NCBI GenBank assembly: GCA_963771355.1
Contig: CAVYTA010000006.1
Span: 448,001 to 512,000, forward strand
DNA: 64,000 bases
Direction: 5' to 3'
Origin: an uncultured Candidatus Rokubacteria bacterium
Lineage (GTDB): Bacteria; Methylomirabilota; Methylomirabilia; Rokubacteriales; CSP1-6
Shown: piece by piece, positions 28,060-38,400 of the stretch
Layout: each line of letters starts with the position of its first letter
Numbering within the stretch: position 1 is the stretch's first letter
Translations under genes and position numbers: made by a program
Notes under the pieces: generated by a model
Database searches by the model: none
What the model saw: the letters and a program-made list of their open reading frames with translations, nothing else
What the model was told of the DNA's origin: nothing

Positions 28060-28332
28060 TGGCAGCTGGCCGAGGGCTGTCGTCTGCACTGGAAGGCCTG
28101 GGACGACGAGTTCGTGATCTTCGACGAAGGCTCGGGTGATACGCACCTGCTCGACCCGCTGGCCGCCGAGTTCCTGAAGGTCCTCGAAGAGTCGCCGGGG
28201 GAGGTGCCCGGCCTCGCCCGTCGGCTCGGGGCGCGGCTCGATCTTGCGCGCGACGCCGATCTCACCCGGCGCGTGCGCGAGCTGGTGGAGCGGTTCGTCG
28301 CCGTCGGCCTGGTGGAAGCCGCGCATCCGTGA
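28060..28332 (+). CDS. PqqD-family peptide chaperone / RiPP recognition element, HPr-rel-A type
   Basis: WQLAEGCRLHWKAWDDEFVIFDEGSGDTHLLDPLAAEFLKVL...GLV. Homology appears to extend upstream of the ORF-track GTG at 28114; true start unresolved (frame is open from 27979). Confidence 0.85.
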   Translation, partial: WQLAEGCRLHWKAWDDEFVIFDEGSGDTHLLDPLAAEFLKVLEESPGEVPGLARRLGARLDLARDADLTRRVRELVERFVAVGLVEAAHP

Positions 28333-29247
28333 AGCTGGGTGCGCTGACCCTCCCCGAGCTCACCGCGCGGCTCGCGCGCGGCGGCCTCGACATGGACACC
28401 GGGCCGTTCGTGGTGCGCATCGAGACGGAGATCCCCGCGCTCGCCGAGGAGATCCATCTCCTCTACGGCGATTTCTCCGTGGACGAGGGCGGTGGCCTGG
28501 CCGACTTCCACGTGTCGGTCCGCCGCCCGGCGGGACCGCTCGGGTTACGCCGGTGGTGGCGTCAACAGGTCAAGGTCTATCTCGATGAGGCGCGTCCCTT
28601 CGAGCCCCTGCCCATTGACATGGCGGTGCCGGTGCTGGAGTGGAGCATCAACTGGTGCGCCGCCACCCAGGCCAATCAGTACGTGATGATCCACGCCGCG
28701 GTGCTCGAGCGCGACCGGCGGGTCCTCGTGTTGCCCGGCGTCAGCGGAGCTGGCAAGAGCACGTTGTGCGCGGGCCTGGCCCTGCGAGGCTGGCGGCTCT
28801 TCTCGGACGAGTTCGCCCTGATTCGTCCGGCCGACGGGCAGGTAGATCCATGGCCGCGGCCCATCAGCCTCAAGAACGACTCCATCGAGGTGATCCGACG
28901 ATGGGCTCCCGACTCGCGCCTGAGCACGCTCGTGCCCAATACCAAGAAGGGCACGATGGCGCACCTGCGCCCGCCCGCCGGGAGTGTCGAGCGGGTGGGG
29001 GAGCCGGCGATGCCGGCGTGGATCGTGTTCCCCACCTTCGCGCGCGAGGCGGCGCCGCAGCTCGACTCGCCTGCCGCGCGCCCGCGCCTTCTTCAAGCTC
29101 GCTGACTGCTCGTTCAACTACGAGTCCCTCGGCCTTCGAGGCTTCACCACGCTTTCGCGTATGATCGACGGGTGCGACGCCTACGAGTTCACCTACTCGA
29201 GCCTCGAGGACGCCCAGAGCCTGCTCGGCGCGCTGCCGCTGCCCTAG
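28329..29247 (+). pseudogene. HprK-related kinase A, interrupted by a +1 frameshift near 29060-29070 (real lesion or assembly error)
   Basis: IHAAVLER, GVSGAGKST Walker A, LFSDEFAL, PRPISLKN, TKKGTMAH. The expected C-terminus (RAFFKLADCSFNYESLG...YEFTYSSLEDA) is in the next frame and ends at 29247. Confidence 0.85.
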
Positions 29248-29260
29248 GGTCGGCCTCCTG

Positions 29261-30331
29261 ATGGACCGCGCGTTGCTTCTCCGCGCGCTCCGCGAGCCCG
29301 CGTCGATGGGCGGCCTGGCGCCCGCCGAGTGGGACGTCCTCCTCCGCCAGGGCCGGCACATGGGCGCGCTCGGCCGTCTCTGCGCCCTCGCCGCGGCGGC
29401 CGGCGTGCTGCCCGCGGTGCCGTCCCGGGTGCGCGTGCGCCTGGAGGCGGCGCTGGAAGACGTGGAGCAGCAGCACCGGCTCATCCGGTGGGAAGTCATC
29501 CGCCTCCGCCGAGCGCTGGTCGGGACCGGCGTGCCCCTCGTGCTGCTCAAGGGCGCCGCGTATCTCCACGCCGGGCTGCCAGCCTCACGCGGCCGCCAGT
29601 TCTCGGATGTCGACATCCTGGTGCCGCGCGCGAGCCTCCACGAGGTCGAGGCTGCCCTGCTCCGCGAAGGCTGGAAAATGGAAGAGATCAGCGCGTACGA
29701 CGAGCGCTACTACCGGGAATGGTCACACGAGCTTCCGCCGCTGGTGCACCCGAAGCGGCACGTGATGCTGGACGTGCATCACAATATCCTGCCGCCGACC
29801 GGGCGGCTGCGACCGGATCCGCGGCGGCTGCTGGAGGCGACGGTCCCCGTCGCGGCGGACGGACTCCGGGTGCTCGGGCCCGCGGACATGGTGCTGCACA
29901 GCGCCTGCCACCTCCTCCAGTCGGGCGAGCACGACAAGAGCCTGCGCGACCTCGGGGACCTGGACGCGCTGATACGGCAGTTCGCCGCCGCACCGCGCTT
30001 CGGTGACGAGCTGGCCGCGCGCGCGGCCGCCCTCGACCTCGAGCGGCCGCTCTACTACGCGCTGCGCTTCGCCGCGCAGCTGATCGGCACGCCGATTCCC
30101 GAGGCCAGTGCCCGCGCCGTCCGACACGCGGCGCCCCCCGCCCCCGTTCGCGCGGCCATGGACCGTCTCTTCGCAGCCACCATCCAGCCCGCACCTCCAC
30201 TGGATCCGCCGGGTCGCGTCAGGCTGGCGCGGGCGGTGCTGACGGCTCGTTACCACTGGCTGCGCATGCCCCCCTCGCTCCTTGTCCGTCATCTCGCGCA
30301 CAAGATCGGAGGAAGGAGGAAACGCGGGTGA
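29261..30331 (+). CDS. Nucleotidyltransferase family protein (NTP_transf_5-like)
   Basis: LVLLKGAAY, RQFSDVDILVP, YYREWSHELPP, LDVHHNILP, LRDLGDL. Confidence 0.88.
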   Translation: MDRALLLRALREPASMGGLAPAEWDVLLRQGRHMGALGRLCALAAAAGVLPAVPSRVRVRLEAALEDVEQQHRLIRWEVIRLRRALVGTGVPLVLLKGAAYLHAGLPASRGRQFSDVDILVPRASLHEVEAALLREGWKMEEISAYDERYYREWSHELPPLVHPKRHVMLDVHHNILPPTGRLRPDPRRLLEATVPVAADGLRVLGPADMVLHSACHLLQSGEHDKSLRDLGDLDALIRQFAAAPRFGDELAARAAALDLERPLYYALRFAAQLIGTPIPEASARAVRHAAPPAPVRAAMDRLFAATIQPAPPLDPPGRVRLARAVLTARYHWLRMPPSLLVRHLAHKIGGRRKRG

Positions 30332-31392
30332 GGAGGCGCCGGCCCCGTCCGTGGCGCCGCGGGCTGCCGGGGCTGGTGGCGCTGGGCGCGGCGATGGCAC
30401 TGACCGCGTGCAGCGGGCTTCCCTGCCGCCTCGGCGCGCCCGCGGAGTTCGTCTCCCTCGGCAAGAATCCCTTCGCCGCCGCGCAGCCCACGCCGGTGGG
30501 CCGATACCTCCATACCCTCGAGGGCTGGCAAGGCGAGCTCTACATGGGCTATGGCGACTACGACGAGAATACCGGGCCCATCGAGGTGTCCGCATACAAC
30601 CCGCGGTGGAGCTCCTACGGCACCAAGCTCCGCTTTCCCACGGAGGCGATCGAGCTCTTTCGCCCCATCGGTGACCGTCTCTACGCGCCCGCCATCGATC
30701 CCCGCGGCGATGGGCCTTCCGCCGCCGTCGCCGTCGGCGAGCCGGACGGCCGCTGGTCCAACAACAAGGACGTGTGGATGACACACGTCTTCGATGTCGC
30801 CACCTTCGACGGGACTGACCTCTGGCTCGTCGGCTCGCGCAAGACTCAGGCGATCGCGGTGCGCAGCCGGGACGGCGGGCGCACATGGGAAACGGCGCTC
30901 GCGCTCGAGCCCCGGGGCGCCGACGGTGACTTTGCCCGCTTTCATTTCGTGTTCGTGCACGGCGGCCGCCTCTACGTCCAGGCGCAGGACCGGCGGGGCG
31001 GGATGTTCCCTCGCTCGAACGCCTTCGACGGCAACGGCTGGACGGACGGGCCCAATCTCCGGCCCATCCCGAACACGGGGGCCAAGCCCCTGGCCGTCGC
31101 GGGCGAGACCGTCTACTTCGGCGCCCGCGGCATCATGGCCTTCGATGGGCGCGCCGTCCGGCTCGCGCGGCCGCCCCAGACCCGCATCCACGATCTCGTC
31201 GTCGCCGAGGGGATCCTCTACGTGCTCGATGGGCGAGAAGTGCTCGGCACTCAGGATCTCGCGTGGTGGATCCCGGTGGCCACCGCGCCCGCCGGGACCA
31301 CGAGCATCGGCGTCCTGGACGGGTATCTCTACGCGGGCACCGTGGAGTCCGAGCTCTTTCGCTACTGCCGGCCGGTCCGCCCCCTTCGGTGA
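30328..31392 (+). CDS. Hypothetical lipoprotein, probable beta-propeller
   Basis: LTAC lipobox; strand repeats (GELYMG, DRLYAP, GRLYVQ, GYLYAG); SRDGGRTW Asp-box; GTGA overlap with the upstream gene. Confidence 0.7.
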   Translation: MRRRRPRPWRRGLPGLVALGAAMALTACSGLPCRLGAPAEFVSLGKNPFAAAQPTPVGRYLHTLEGWQGELYMGYGDYDENTGPIEVSAYNPRWSSYGTKLRFPTEAIELFRPIGDRLYAPAIDPRGDGPSAAVAVGEPDGRWSNNKDVWMTHVFDVATFDGTDLWLVGSRKTQAIAVRSRDGGRTWETALALEPRGADGDFARFHFVFVHGGRLYVQAQDRRGGMFPRSNAFDGNGWTDGPNLRPIPNTGAKPLAVAGETVYFGARGIMAFDGRAVRLARPPQTRIHDLVVAEGILYVLDGREVLGTQDLAWWIPVATAPAGTTSIGVLDGYLYAGTVESELFRYCRPVRPLR

Positions 31393-31432
31393 GGCGGAGG
31401 CGCCGAGAGGGCGGGGCCGGGAGCCGGCGCGA

Positions 31433-32221
31433 TCACCGCCGGTGGCCGGCGAACGGGTGCGTGCTGGACAGCCCGCCGTCCACCGCGAAGGCCTGGCCGT
31501 TGACGTAGGAGGACTCGTCGCCGGCCAGGAACAGCGCGGCGGCCGCGATCTCGTCGGGACGGCCGTGTCGCTGCAGGGGATTGAGCTGGCCGATCCGTGC
31601 CTCGGTGCCGCGCGCGCGGGCCCGATCGAAGATGAGGCGGGTCATGCCCGTCTCGATGAGCCCGGGGCAGATGGCGTTGACCCGGACGCCGGTGCCACTG
31701 AGCGCGTTGGCGGCGGTCTGAACGAGACTCACCACCCCCGCCTTGCTCGCCGAGTACGGGCTGCCGCCCGCGTTGGCGCGCAGCGCCGCCACCGACGCGG
31801 TGCACACGATGGAGCCGCCGCCCTGGGCGATCATGGCGGGCGCCGCGTGCTTGATCATGAGCCAGGGCCCGATGAGGTTGACGCGCAGGATCTCGTGCCA
31901 CTGCTCCACCGTCTGCTCGAGGAGCGGGATGCGCCCGCCGCTCACCCCGGCATTGGCGAACACCGCGTCCACGCCGCCCCACTCCGCCACGCAGCGTCCG
32001 ACCAGCCCCGCCACCGCGGCTTCGTCACCGGCGTCGGCGGCCTGGGCCAGGGCGGTGCCGCCGGCGGCGGCCGCCTCGGTGACGGCAGCATCCAGCGCGG
32101 CCGCCTCGCGGTCCACCGCGAGCACGCGCGCGCCCTCACGCGCGAAGAGGAGGAGGCTGGCCCGGCCGATGCCGCTCGCCGCGCCGGTGATGATCGCGCA
32201 TTTGCCGCTCAGCCGGCCCAT
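31433..32221 (-). CDS. SDR family oxidoreductase
   Basis: [23 protein letters not shown]. Confidence 0.9.
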   Translation of the reverse strand: MGRLSGKCAIITGAASGIGRASLLLFAREGARVLAVDREAAALDAAVTEAAAAGGTALAQAADAGDEAAVAGLVGRCVAEWGGVDAVFANAGVSGGRIPLLEQTVEQWHEILRVNLIGPWLMIKHAAPAMIAQGGGSIVCTASVAALRANAGGSPYSASKAGVVSLVQTAANALSGTGVRVNAICPGLIETGMTRLIFDRARARGTEARIGQLNPLQRHGRPDEIAAAALFLAGDESSYVNGQAFAVDGGLSSTHPFAGHRR

Positions 32222-32229
32222 GGAGGGAG

Positions 32230-33441
32230 CTAGACGCGCGCGTCGAGAACGGCCTTGGCCATGAGCCGCGCGCCGTCGTAGCACTTCTCCGGGGTCTCGA
32301 AGCTGAAGGCGAGGCGGATGAACTCCTCGCCGCCCCCGTTGGCGAAGAAGGCGGACCCGCTGGTGTACTGCACGCGCGCGGCCGTGGCCAGGTCGGACAG
32401 CTTCCGCAGGTCGGTGCGCTCGGGCAGGCGTATCCAGAGGAAGAAGCCACCCTCCGGCTTGCTGATCTCCGCGCCGCTGCCGTCCAGCACCTCGTGCAGC
32501 CCGCGCAACATGGCGTCGCGCTTCTTCCGGTACACGTCGATGAGCTGCGACACGTGCGGCTGGAGGTGATCGCGCAGGAAGTAGGTGGCCACCCGCGAGG
32601 CGAAGGGATTGACGCCGCCCCCGAAGAGGAAGCCCTGGAAGGTCGGGATCATCTCCTTGGGGGCACAGAGCCAGCCGAGACGGAAGCCGGCGCCGAGGAT
32701 CTTGGACACGGTGCCGGCCCGGATCACGCGGCCGCCGGTGTCGAGCGCGTAGAGCGAGGGCAGGTGATCACCCTCGAAGCGCAGCTCGCCATAGGCGTCG
32801 TCCTCGAGGATGAACGTATCGAATTCGTGGGCCAGCTCGACCAGCTCCTGGCGTCGGCGCACGGACATGGTGGGGCCGGAGGGGTTCTGGAAGTTGTCGA
32901 TGGTGTAGATGAGCTTGCACCGCGTTCCTTCGCGGCGCAGCGCCTCCAGCTGCTGCCGGGCCACGCGGGTCACCAGCCCCTCTGCGTCCACCGGCACGTC
33001 GAGCACGCGGGCCCCGTGCCGCCGGATGGTGTTCAGCGTGCCGGAGAAGGTGGGGGCCTCGCTGAGGATGGCGTCGCCCACATCCACGAAGGCCGAGAAG
33101 GCCAGCGACAGCGCATGCCCCGAGCCGTTCGAGATGATGAGGTTCTCGGGCGCGATCTTGAGCCCCTCGAAGAGCCCGTACTTGTGGCACACCAGCTCCC
33201 GCAGCCCCTTGTATCCCTGCGGGTCGCCGTAGGTGAGAGCCTGGGCGCCCTCGGCCTTCATCATCCTGGCCGTCGCTTCGACGAGGCCGTCGTAGGGGAA
33301 GGACACGGGATCGGGAAAGCCGCCGCCAAACTCGTAGAGGGCGTTGGTGACGGGGCGCGCGGGCTGGACGGAGGTGCCGGTGCCGATGCGGGCACGGGTG
33401 GACAGGAACTCCTCGAACCGGGGCGTAGTCGTTGGGGTCAT
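32230..33441 (-). CDS. PLP-dependent aminotransferase class I/II (LysN/ARO8-like)
   Basis: [37 protein letters not shown]. Confidence 0.9.
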   Translation of the reverse strand: MTPTTTPRFEEFLSTRARIGTGTSVQPARPVTNALYEFGGGFPDPVSFPYDGLVEATARMMKAEGAQALTYGDPQGYKGLRELVCHKYGLFEGLKIAPENLIISNGSGHALSLAFSAFVDVGDAILSEAPTFSGTLNTIRRHGARVLDVPVDAEGLVTRVARQQLEALRREGTRCKLIYTIDNFQNPSGPTMSVRRRQELVELAHEFDTFILEDDAYGELRFEGDHLPSLYALDTGGRVIRAGTVSKILGAGFRLGWLCAPKEMIPTFQGFLFGGGVNPFASRVATYFLRDHLQPHVSQLIDVYRKKRDAMLRGLHEVLDGSGAEISKPEGGFFLWIRLPERTDLRKLSDLATAARVQYTSGSAFFANGGGEEFIRLAFSFETPEKCYDGARLMAKAVLDARV

Positions 33442-33446
33442 GCCTT

Positions 33447-34823
33447 CTAAGATAAGAGGGCGCGGGTCTCGGCGTCAACGTTGAGGGCCCCCGCCGGCTC
33501 GGCGGGGGCGAGCTTGTCCTTGGCCGCCAGGACCTTGGCGCGGACCATGTCGATGTGCAGGCGGAGGTGGTAGTGGACGTCGGAGTACCCCAGCGGAATC
33601 TCCATTCGTCTCGCCTCGTGCTCGGCCGCGTCGAGCTGGGCCAGGATGCGGTCGAGGGCCTCCGCCGACTGGGGCTCGGCGAGAGCCAGGTCCGCCGCCT
33701 GCACCTCGCGATACCAGCGGAAGATCTTGCGGCGGATCCGCCAGCGGTACGCCGGGGGGGCGATCCTGAAGAGAGGAAAGAGCAGCGCCAGCAGTGGAAG
33801 CAGCATGATCTTCATCCGGTCGACCAGGCTCGCCGCCCAGAACGGGAGATAGCGCACGAGGAAGGGGGGGCCGTTCCGGTAGAAGCGCTGCGCCTCGTCG
33901 CTCACGGGGAAGTCGGTGAAGTCCGGGGAAGGGAATTGGCGCGGACGCTCGAACACGCCCGCCCGCGAGTGCAGCCGCGTGGCGGTGACGAGGAGCAGGT
34001 CGCTCAGGGCGGGGTGGAAATCCGAACGGACCACCAGGCTGGCGGCGGCGCCGAGAAGGACGACGTCTCGCGGGGGGACATCTCGCTCGAGGCTCAGCGC
34101 GCCTTCGGGAAGGACGAGCCGGGAGAGGAAGGGGTAGAGCCGCGAGTAGGCCTCCGCGCGCGGGAAGCTCATGAGGCTGACCTCGGGGGCGCTCGCCGCT
34201 TCGCGGAGGGCCGGCGACTCGGGCGAGGCTACCAGCACCGCCGCGTCCACCTCACCCCTCCGGAGGGCGCGCACGGCGTCGAGCCCGGTGAGCGGCAGCA
34301 GGGTCAGGGACTCGGGCCGGATTCCATTCGCCGTCAACAGCAGATCGACGAGGGCGCGGGTGCCGCTCCCCTCGGGTCCGACCGCCAGCCGCTTGCCCCG
34401 GAGGCCGAGCATGTCGTCGGTCCGTGCGCTGGTCCGCGAGAAGATCCAGAGGGGCTCGAAGTACAGGCTTCCCAGGGCAAGGAGGTCGGCGGCGGGCACC
34501 GCGCCGCGCACCCCACCCTGCACGAAGGCCACGTCGATTCCGCTGGCGGGATCGGCGAGGAGGCGTACGTTCTCCACCGACCCCGACGTGGCCCGCAGCT
34601 CGACCTTGATTCCCTCGTGCGCCAGCTCGGCCTGATAGTGGAGGCCATACTGGTGATAGGCGCCGTCCGGCCGGCCGGTCGCCATCACGAGCTGCCGCGG
34701 CGGCGCCGGCTTGACGAAGCTCACCGCCACCACGAAGGCGGCGCCGGCGACGAGGAGGGCGGGCCCGATCACGAGTACGTGGTCTCGGACTCGCCACTGA
34801 CGCCAGTCGCGCGCCTTCAGCAT
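33447..34823 (-). CDS. Membrane-anchored TAXI-family solute-binding protein with C-terminal TM/helical extension
   Basis: N-terminal TM, MATGRPDGAY, TSGSVEN, FEPLW, GPEGSGT, RYLPFWAA followed by a TM segment. Confidence 0.85.
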   Translation of the reverse strand: MLKARDWRQWRVRDHVLVIGPALLVAGAAFVVAVSFVKPAPPRQLVMATGRPDGAYHQYGLHYQAELAHEGIKVELRATSGSVENVRLLADPASGIDVAFVQGGVRGAVPAADLLALGSLYFEPLWIFSRTSARTDDMLGLRGKRLAVGPEGSGTRALVDLLLTANGIRPESLTLLPLTGLDAVRALRRGEVDAAVLVASPESPALREAASAPEVSLMSFPRAEAYSRLYPFLSRLVLPEGALSLERDVPPRDVVLLGAAASLVVRSDFHPALSDLLLVTATRLHSRAGVFERPRQFPSPDFTDFPVSDEAQRFYRNGPPFLVRYLPFWAASLVDRMKIMLLPLLALLFPLFRIAPPAYRWRIRRKIFRWYREVQAADLALAEPQSAEALDRILAQLDAAEHEARRMEIPLGYSDVHYHLRLHIDMVRAKVLAAKDKLAPAEPAGALNVDAETRALLS

Positions 34824-34836
34824 GGAGGATCCGCGC

Positions 34837-35271
34837 TCAGCGCGGAGCGGTTCGCTTCAGGAGGTCGCGGATCTCCATGAGGAGCTTTTCTTCGGCTGAC
34901 GGCGGGGGCGGGACGGCGGGGGCGGGGGGTGCCTGGCGGCGGAGCCGGTTGATCGCCTTCACGAGGAAGAACGTGGCCACCGCCACCCCGAGGAAGGTGA
35001 TGACGCTGTTGATGAAGAGCCCGATGGCAAAGACCACCGCGCCGGCCTCACGCGCGGCCTTGACGGAGGTGTAGACTTCGCCCTTGGGATTTCGGAGCAC
35101 CCAGAAGATGCTGCTGAAGTCCGGGGCGCCCAGGAGGGCCGAGACCAGGGGCATGAAGATGTTCTCGACCAGGGACTGCACCACCCCGCCGAACGCGGCG
35201 CCGATGATGATCCCGACCGCCATGTCGACCATGTTGCCCTTCACGGCGAACTCGCGGAATTCCTTCAGCAT
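34837..35271 (-). CDS. mscL: Large-conductance mechanosensitive channel
   Basis: MLKEFREFAVKGNMVDMAVGIIIGAAF...LLMEIRDLL. Confidence 0.95.
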   Translation of the reverse strand: MLKEFREFAVKGNMVDMAVGIIIGAAFGGVVQSLVENIFMPLVSALLGAPDFSSIFWVLRNPKGEVYTSVKAAREAGAVVFAIGLFINSVITFLGVAVATFFLVKAINRLRRQAPPAPAVPPPPSAEEKLLMEIRDLLKRTAPR

Positions 35272-35411
35272 GCCTAGCCTCCAGGGGGCAGAGTGAGTCC
35301 CGCTACTCTACTCCGGGTTGACCCTCCCGGGCCACTCGGATAGGATTTCCGCGTGACTCGATCGCTCTGCTCGCCGCTCCGCCTCATCTCGTACGGGAAG
35401 GAGCGGCCGCT

Positions 35412-38400
35412 ATGCACGGAGACCATGGAGGCATGCCGGGCGACCAGCCGTCTCGCGGCATTCCTCGCCAGGGAGAAGTAGGCGCCGCGCTGGGCGCCGC
35501 CTGTCCGGCGTGCGGCTTCCCCGTCGAGCCGGGGAGCCGGTTCTGCGGCGGCTGCGGGCGCATGCGGGGGGACGCCGCGCCCGCGCCGCGCTTCACCGCG
35601 CCCGAGGCCTATACCCCGCGCCACATCGCCGAGCGCATCCTCACCGCGCGCGGCGCCATGGAGGGCGAGCGCAAGCAGGTCACCGTTCTCTTCGCCGACG
35701 TGAAGGGCTCGCTCGAGCTCCTCGCCGATCGCGATCCCGAGGAGGCGCGGGCACTCCTCGATCCCGTGCTCGAGCTGATGATGGAGGCGGTACACCGGTA
35801 CGAGGGGACGGTGAACCAGGTGCTCGGCGATGGGATCATGGCCATCTTCGGCGCGCCGCTGGCCCACGAGACCCATGCGGTGCGCGCGGCCTACGCGGCC
35901 CTTCGCATGCAGGAGAGCGTGGCGCGCGTGTCCGAGAGCCTCCGCCGGACGCACGGCGCCGAGGTGCAGATCCGTATCGGGCTCAACTCGGGCGAAGTCG
36001 TCGTGCGTTCCATCGGCAACGACCTCCACATGGACTACACCGCCGTGGGCCAGACCACCCATCTCGCCGCGCGCATGGAGAAGCTGGCGCGGCCGGGCAG
36101 CATCCTGCTGAGCGAGGAGACGCACCGCCTCACCGAGGGGTATCTCACGGTCACGCCGCGGGGGCCCATCCCCGTGCGCGGGATGGCCGAGGCGGTGCAG
36201 GTGTACGAGGCGGTGGGGGCGGGCCCCGCGCGCTCGCGCCTGCAGGCGGCCGCCGCGCGCGGCCTCACGCCCTTCGTGGGCCGCGACGCGGAGCTGGGCC
36301 TCCTGCGCCAGGCGCTCGAGCGCGCGGGATCGGGGCGGGGCCAGATGGTGGCGCTGGTGGGGGAGGCGGGGGTCGGCAAGTCCCGCCTCGTGCGGGAGCT
36401 GGTGCAGGCACCGTGGACGCGCGGCTTCACCGTCCTCGAAGGCCGGCCGGTGGTCTATCGCAAGTCCACCGCCTGGGCGCCGGTGCTGGGGTGGCTGCGC
36501 GCGTATCTGGACCTCGAGCGGGATGCCGACGCGGAGACGGTGCACGCCAAGGTCGCCGCGCGGCTCGCCGGTCTCGAGCGCGGCCAGGAGGCGGCGCGGC
36601 CCGCGGTGCTCTCGCTCTTCGAGGTGCCGGTGACGGATCCGGCGTGGACGGCGCTGGAGCCGCCGCAGCGCCGGCGCCGGACGCTCGATGCCCTCACGCA
36701 CCTGCTGCTCCTCGAGGCCCGGCGCGCGCCGTTGCTCCTCGTCCTCGAGGACCTCCACCGCATCGACGAGGAGACCCAGGCCCTGCTGGACGGGCTCGTG
36801 GAACGGTTGCCCCACGCCCGCCTGCTCGTGGTGGTGACGTATCGTCCCGAGTACCAGCACCGCTGGGGCAACCAGGCGGGCTATACGCAGCTCCGGGTCG
36901 AGCCGCTCGGGAGCGAGACGGCGGGGCGGCTCCTCGACGCGCTGCTGGGCGCGGATCCCGCGCTGCGGCCGCTCCACGGCCTCCTGGTGCGGCGCACCGA
37001 CGGCAACCCGCTGTTCCTCGAGGAGAGCGTGCGGGCCCTCGCCGAGACCGAGGTGCTGACGGGCGCGCGCGGCGCCTACGGTCTCGGTCGACCGCTCGCC
37101 GCCATCCAGGTGCCGCGCACGGTGCAGGCGGTGCTGGCCGCCCGCATCGACCGCCTGTCGCGCGAGGGCAAGCGCCTCCTGCAGTGCGCCGCGGTGGTGG
37201 GCCGCGACGTGCCCTTTCCCGTGCTCGAGGCCATCGCCGATCTCGATCCCGACGCGCTGCGCGCGGGACTGGCTCAGCTCCAGAGCGCCGAGTTCCTCCA
37301 CGAGACGCATCTCTTTCCCGAGCTGGAGCACGCGTTCAAGCATACCCTCACCCAGGACGTGGCCTACGGGACCCTGCTCCAGGACACGCGGCGGGCGCTG
37401 CATGCGCGCATCGTGGACGCCATCGAGCGCCTCTATCCGGACCGGCTGGTGGAGCAGGTGGAGCGGCTCGCTCATCATGCGCTCCGCGGCGGGCTCGCCA
37501 CCCGTGCGGTGGCCTATCTCCGGCAGGCGGGGACCAAGGCGGCGGCACGCTCCGCGCATCGCGACGCCGTCGGCTTCTTCGAGCAGGCCATCGAGGCGCT
37601 GGACGCGCTGCCGCGCACGCGGGAGCACCTCGAGCTGGGCGTGGACCTCCGGTTCGACGCGCGCGCCTCGCTGGCTCCGCTGGGTCTCTTCGCGCGGAAT
37701 CTCGAGCACCTGCGGCGGGCGGAGACGCTCGCGGAGGCCCTCGCCGACCGGCGGCGGCTCGGCTGGGTGGGCGCCTATCTCGCCCAGTCCTACTACACGC
37801 TCGGCGACCAGGACGCGGCGCTGGCGTCCGCGCGGCGCTCGCTCGAGATCGCGGAGGAGCTGGGCGATCTGCCCCTGAAGGTGGCCGCGACCACCGGGGT
37901 CGGGCAGGCTTACCACGCGCTCGGCGACTACGCGCAGGCCCAGGTCCATCTCGGGCGCGCGGTGGACGCGCTGGAGGGCGATCTCGCGAGCGAGCGCTTC
38001 GGCATGGCCGGGCTGCTCTCGGTGGCGGCGCGGGTCTGGCTGGTCAACTCCCTGGTGGCGGTGGGGGACTTCGACGGCGCGGAGGCGCGCGCGCTGGAGG
38101 CGATGCAGCGGGCGGAGGCGGTCGATCATCCCTGGAGCGTGGCGGCCGCCCACGTGGCGCTGGGCTTCGCCCAGCTCGCGCGGGGCACGCTCGCCGCCGC
38201 CGCGCCGGTGCTGGAGCGAGGCCTGGCCCGCGCGCGCGAGCTCGATCTCACCGCATGGCTGCCCATGCTCTCCTGCCAGCTCGGCATCGTCTACGTCCGT
38301 CAGGGCCGCGTGGACGAGGGCGCCGCGCTGCTCGAGGACGGGATCCAGCGCGCGGCCGCGCTCTCGATCCTGAGCCGCCACTCCCTGCGCCATGCCTGGC

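Noticed and set aside
28060..28332. PQQ biosynthesis (pqqD)
   Set aside because: No pqqA/B/C/E nearby and the peptide lacks the ExxxY motif; the domain is better read as a generic RRE.
29055..29075. Programmed ribosomal frameshift in the kinase
   Set aside because: No slippery run or obvious stimulatory element; mutation or consensus error is more parsimonious.
27750..31392. Lasso peptide cluster
   Set aside because: No asparagine-synthetase-like cyclase or transglutaminase-like B2 peptidase in the window; the core has no Asp/Glu at positions 7-9 and the leader has no Thr at -2.
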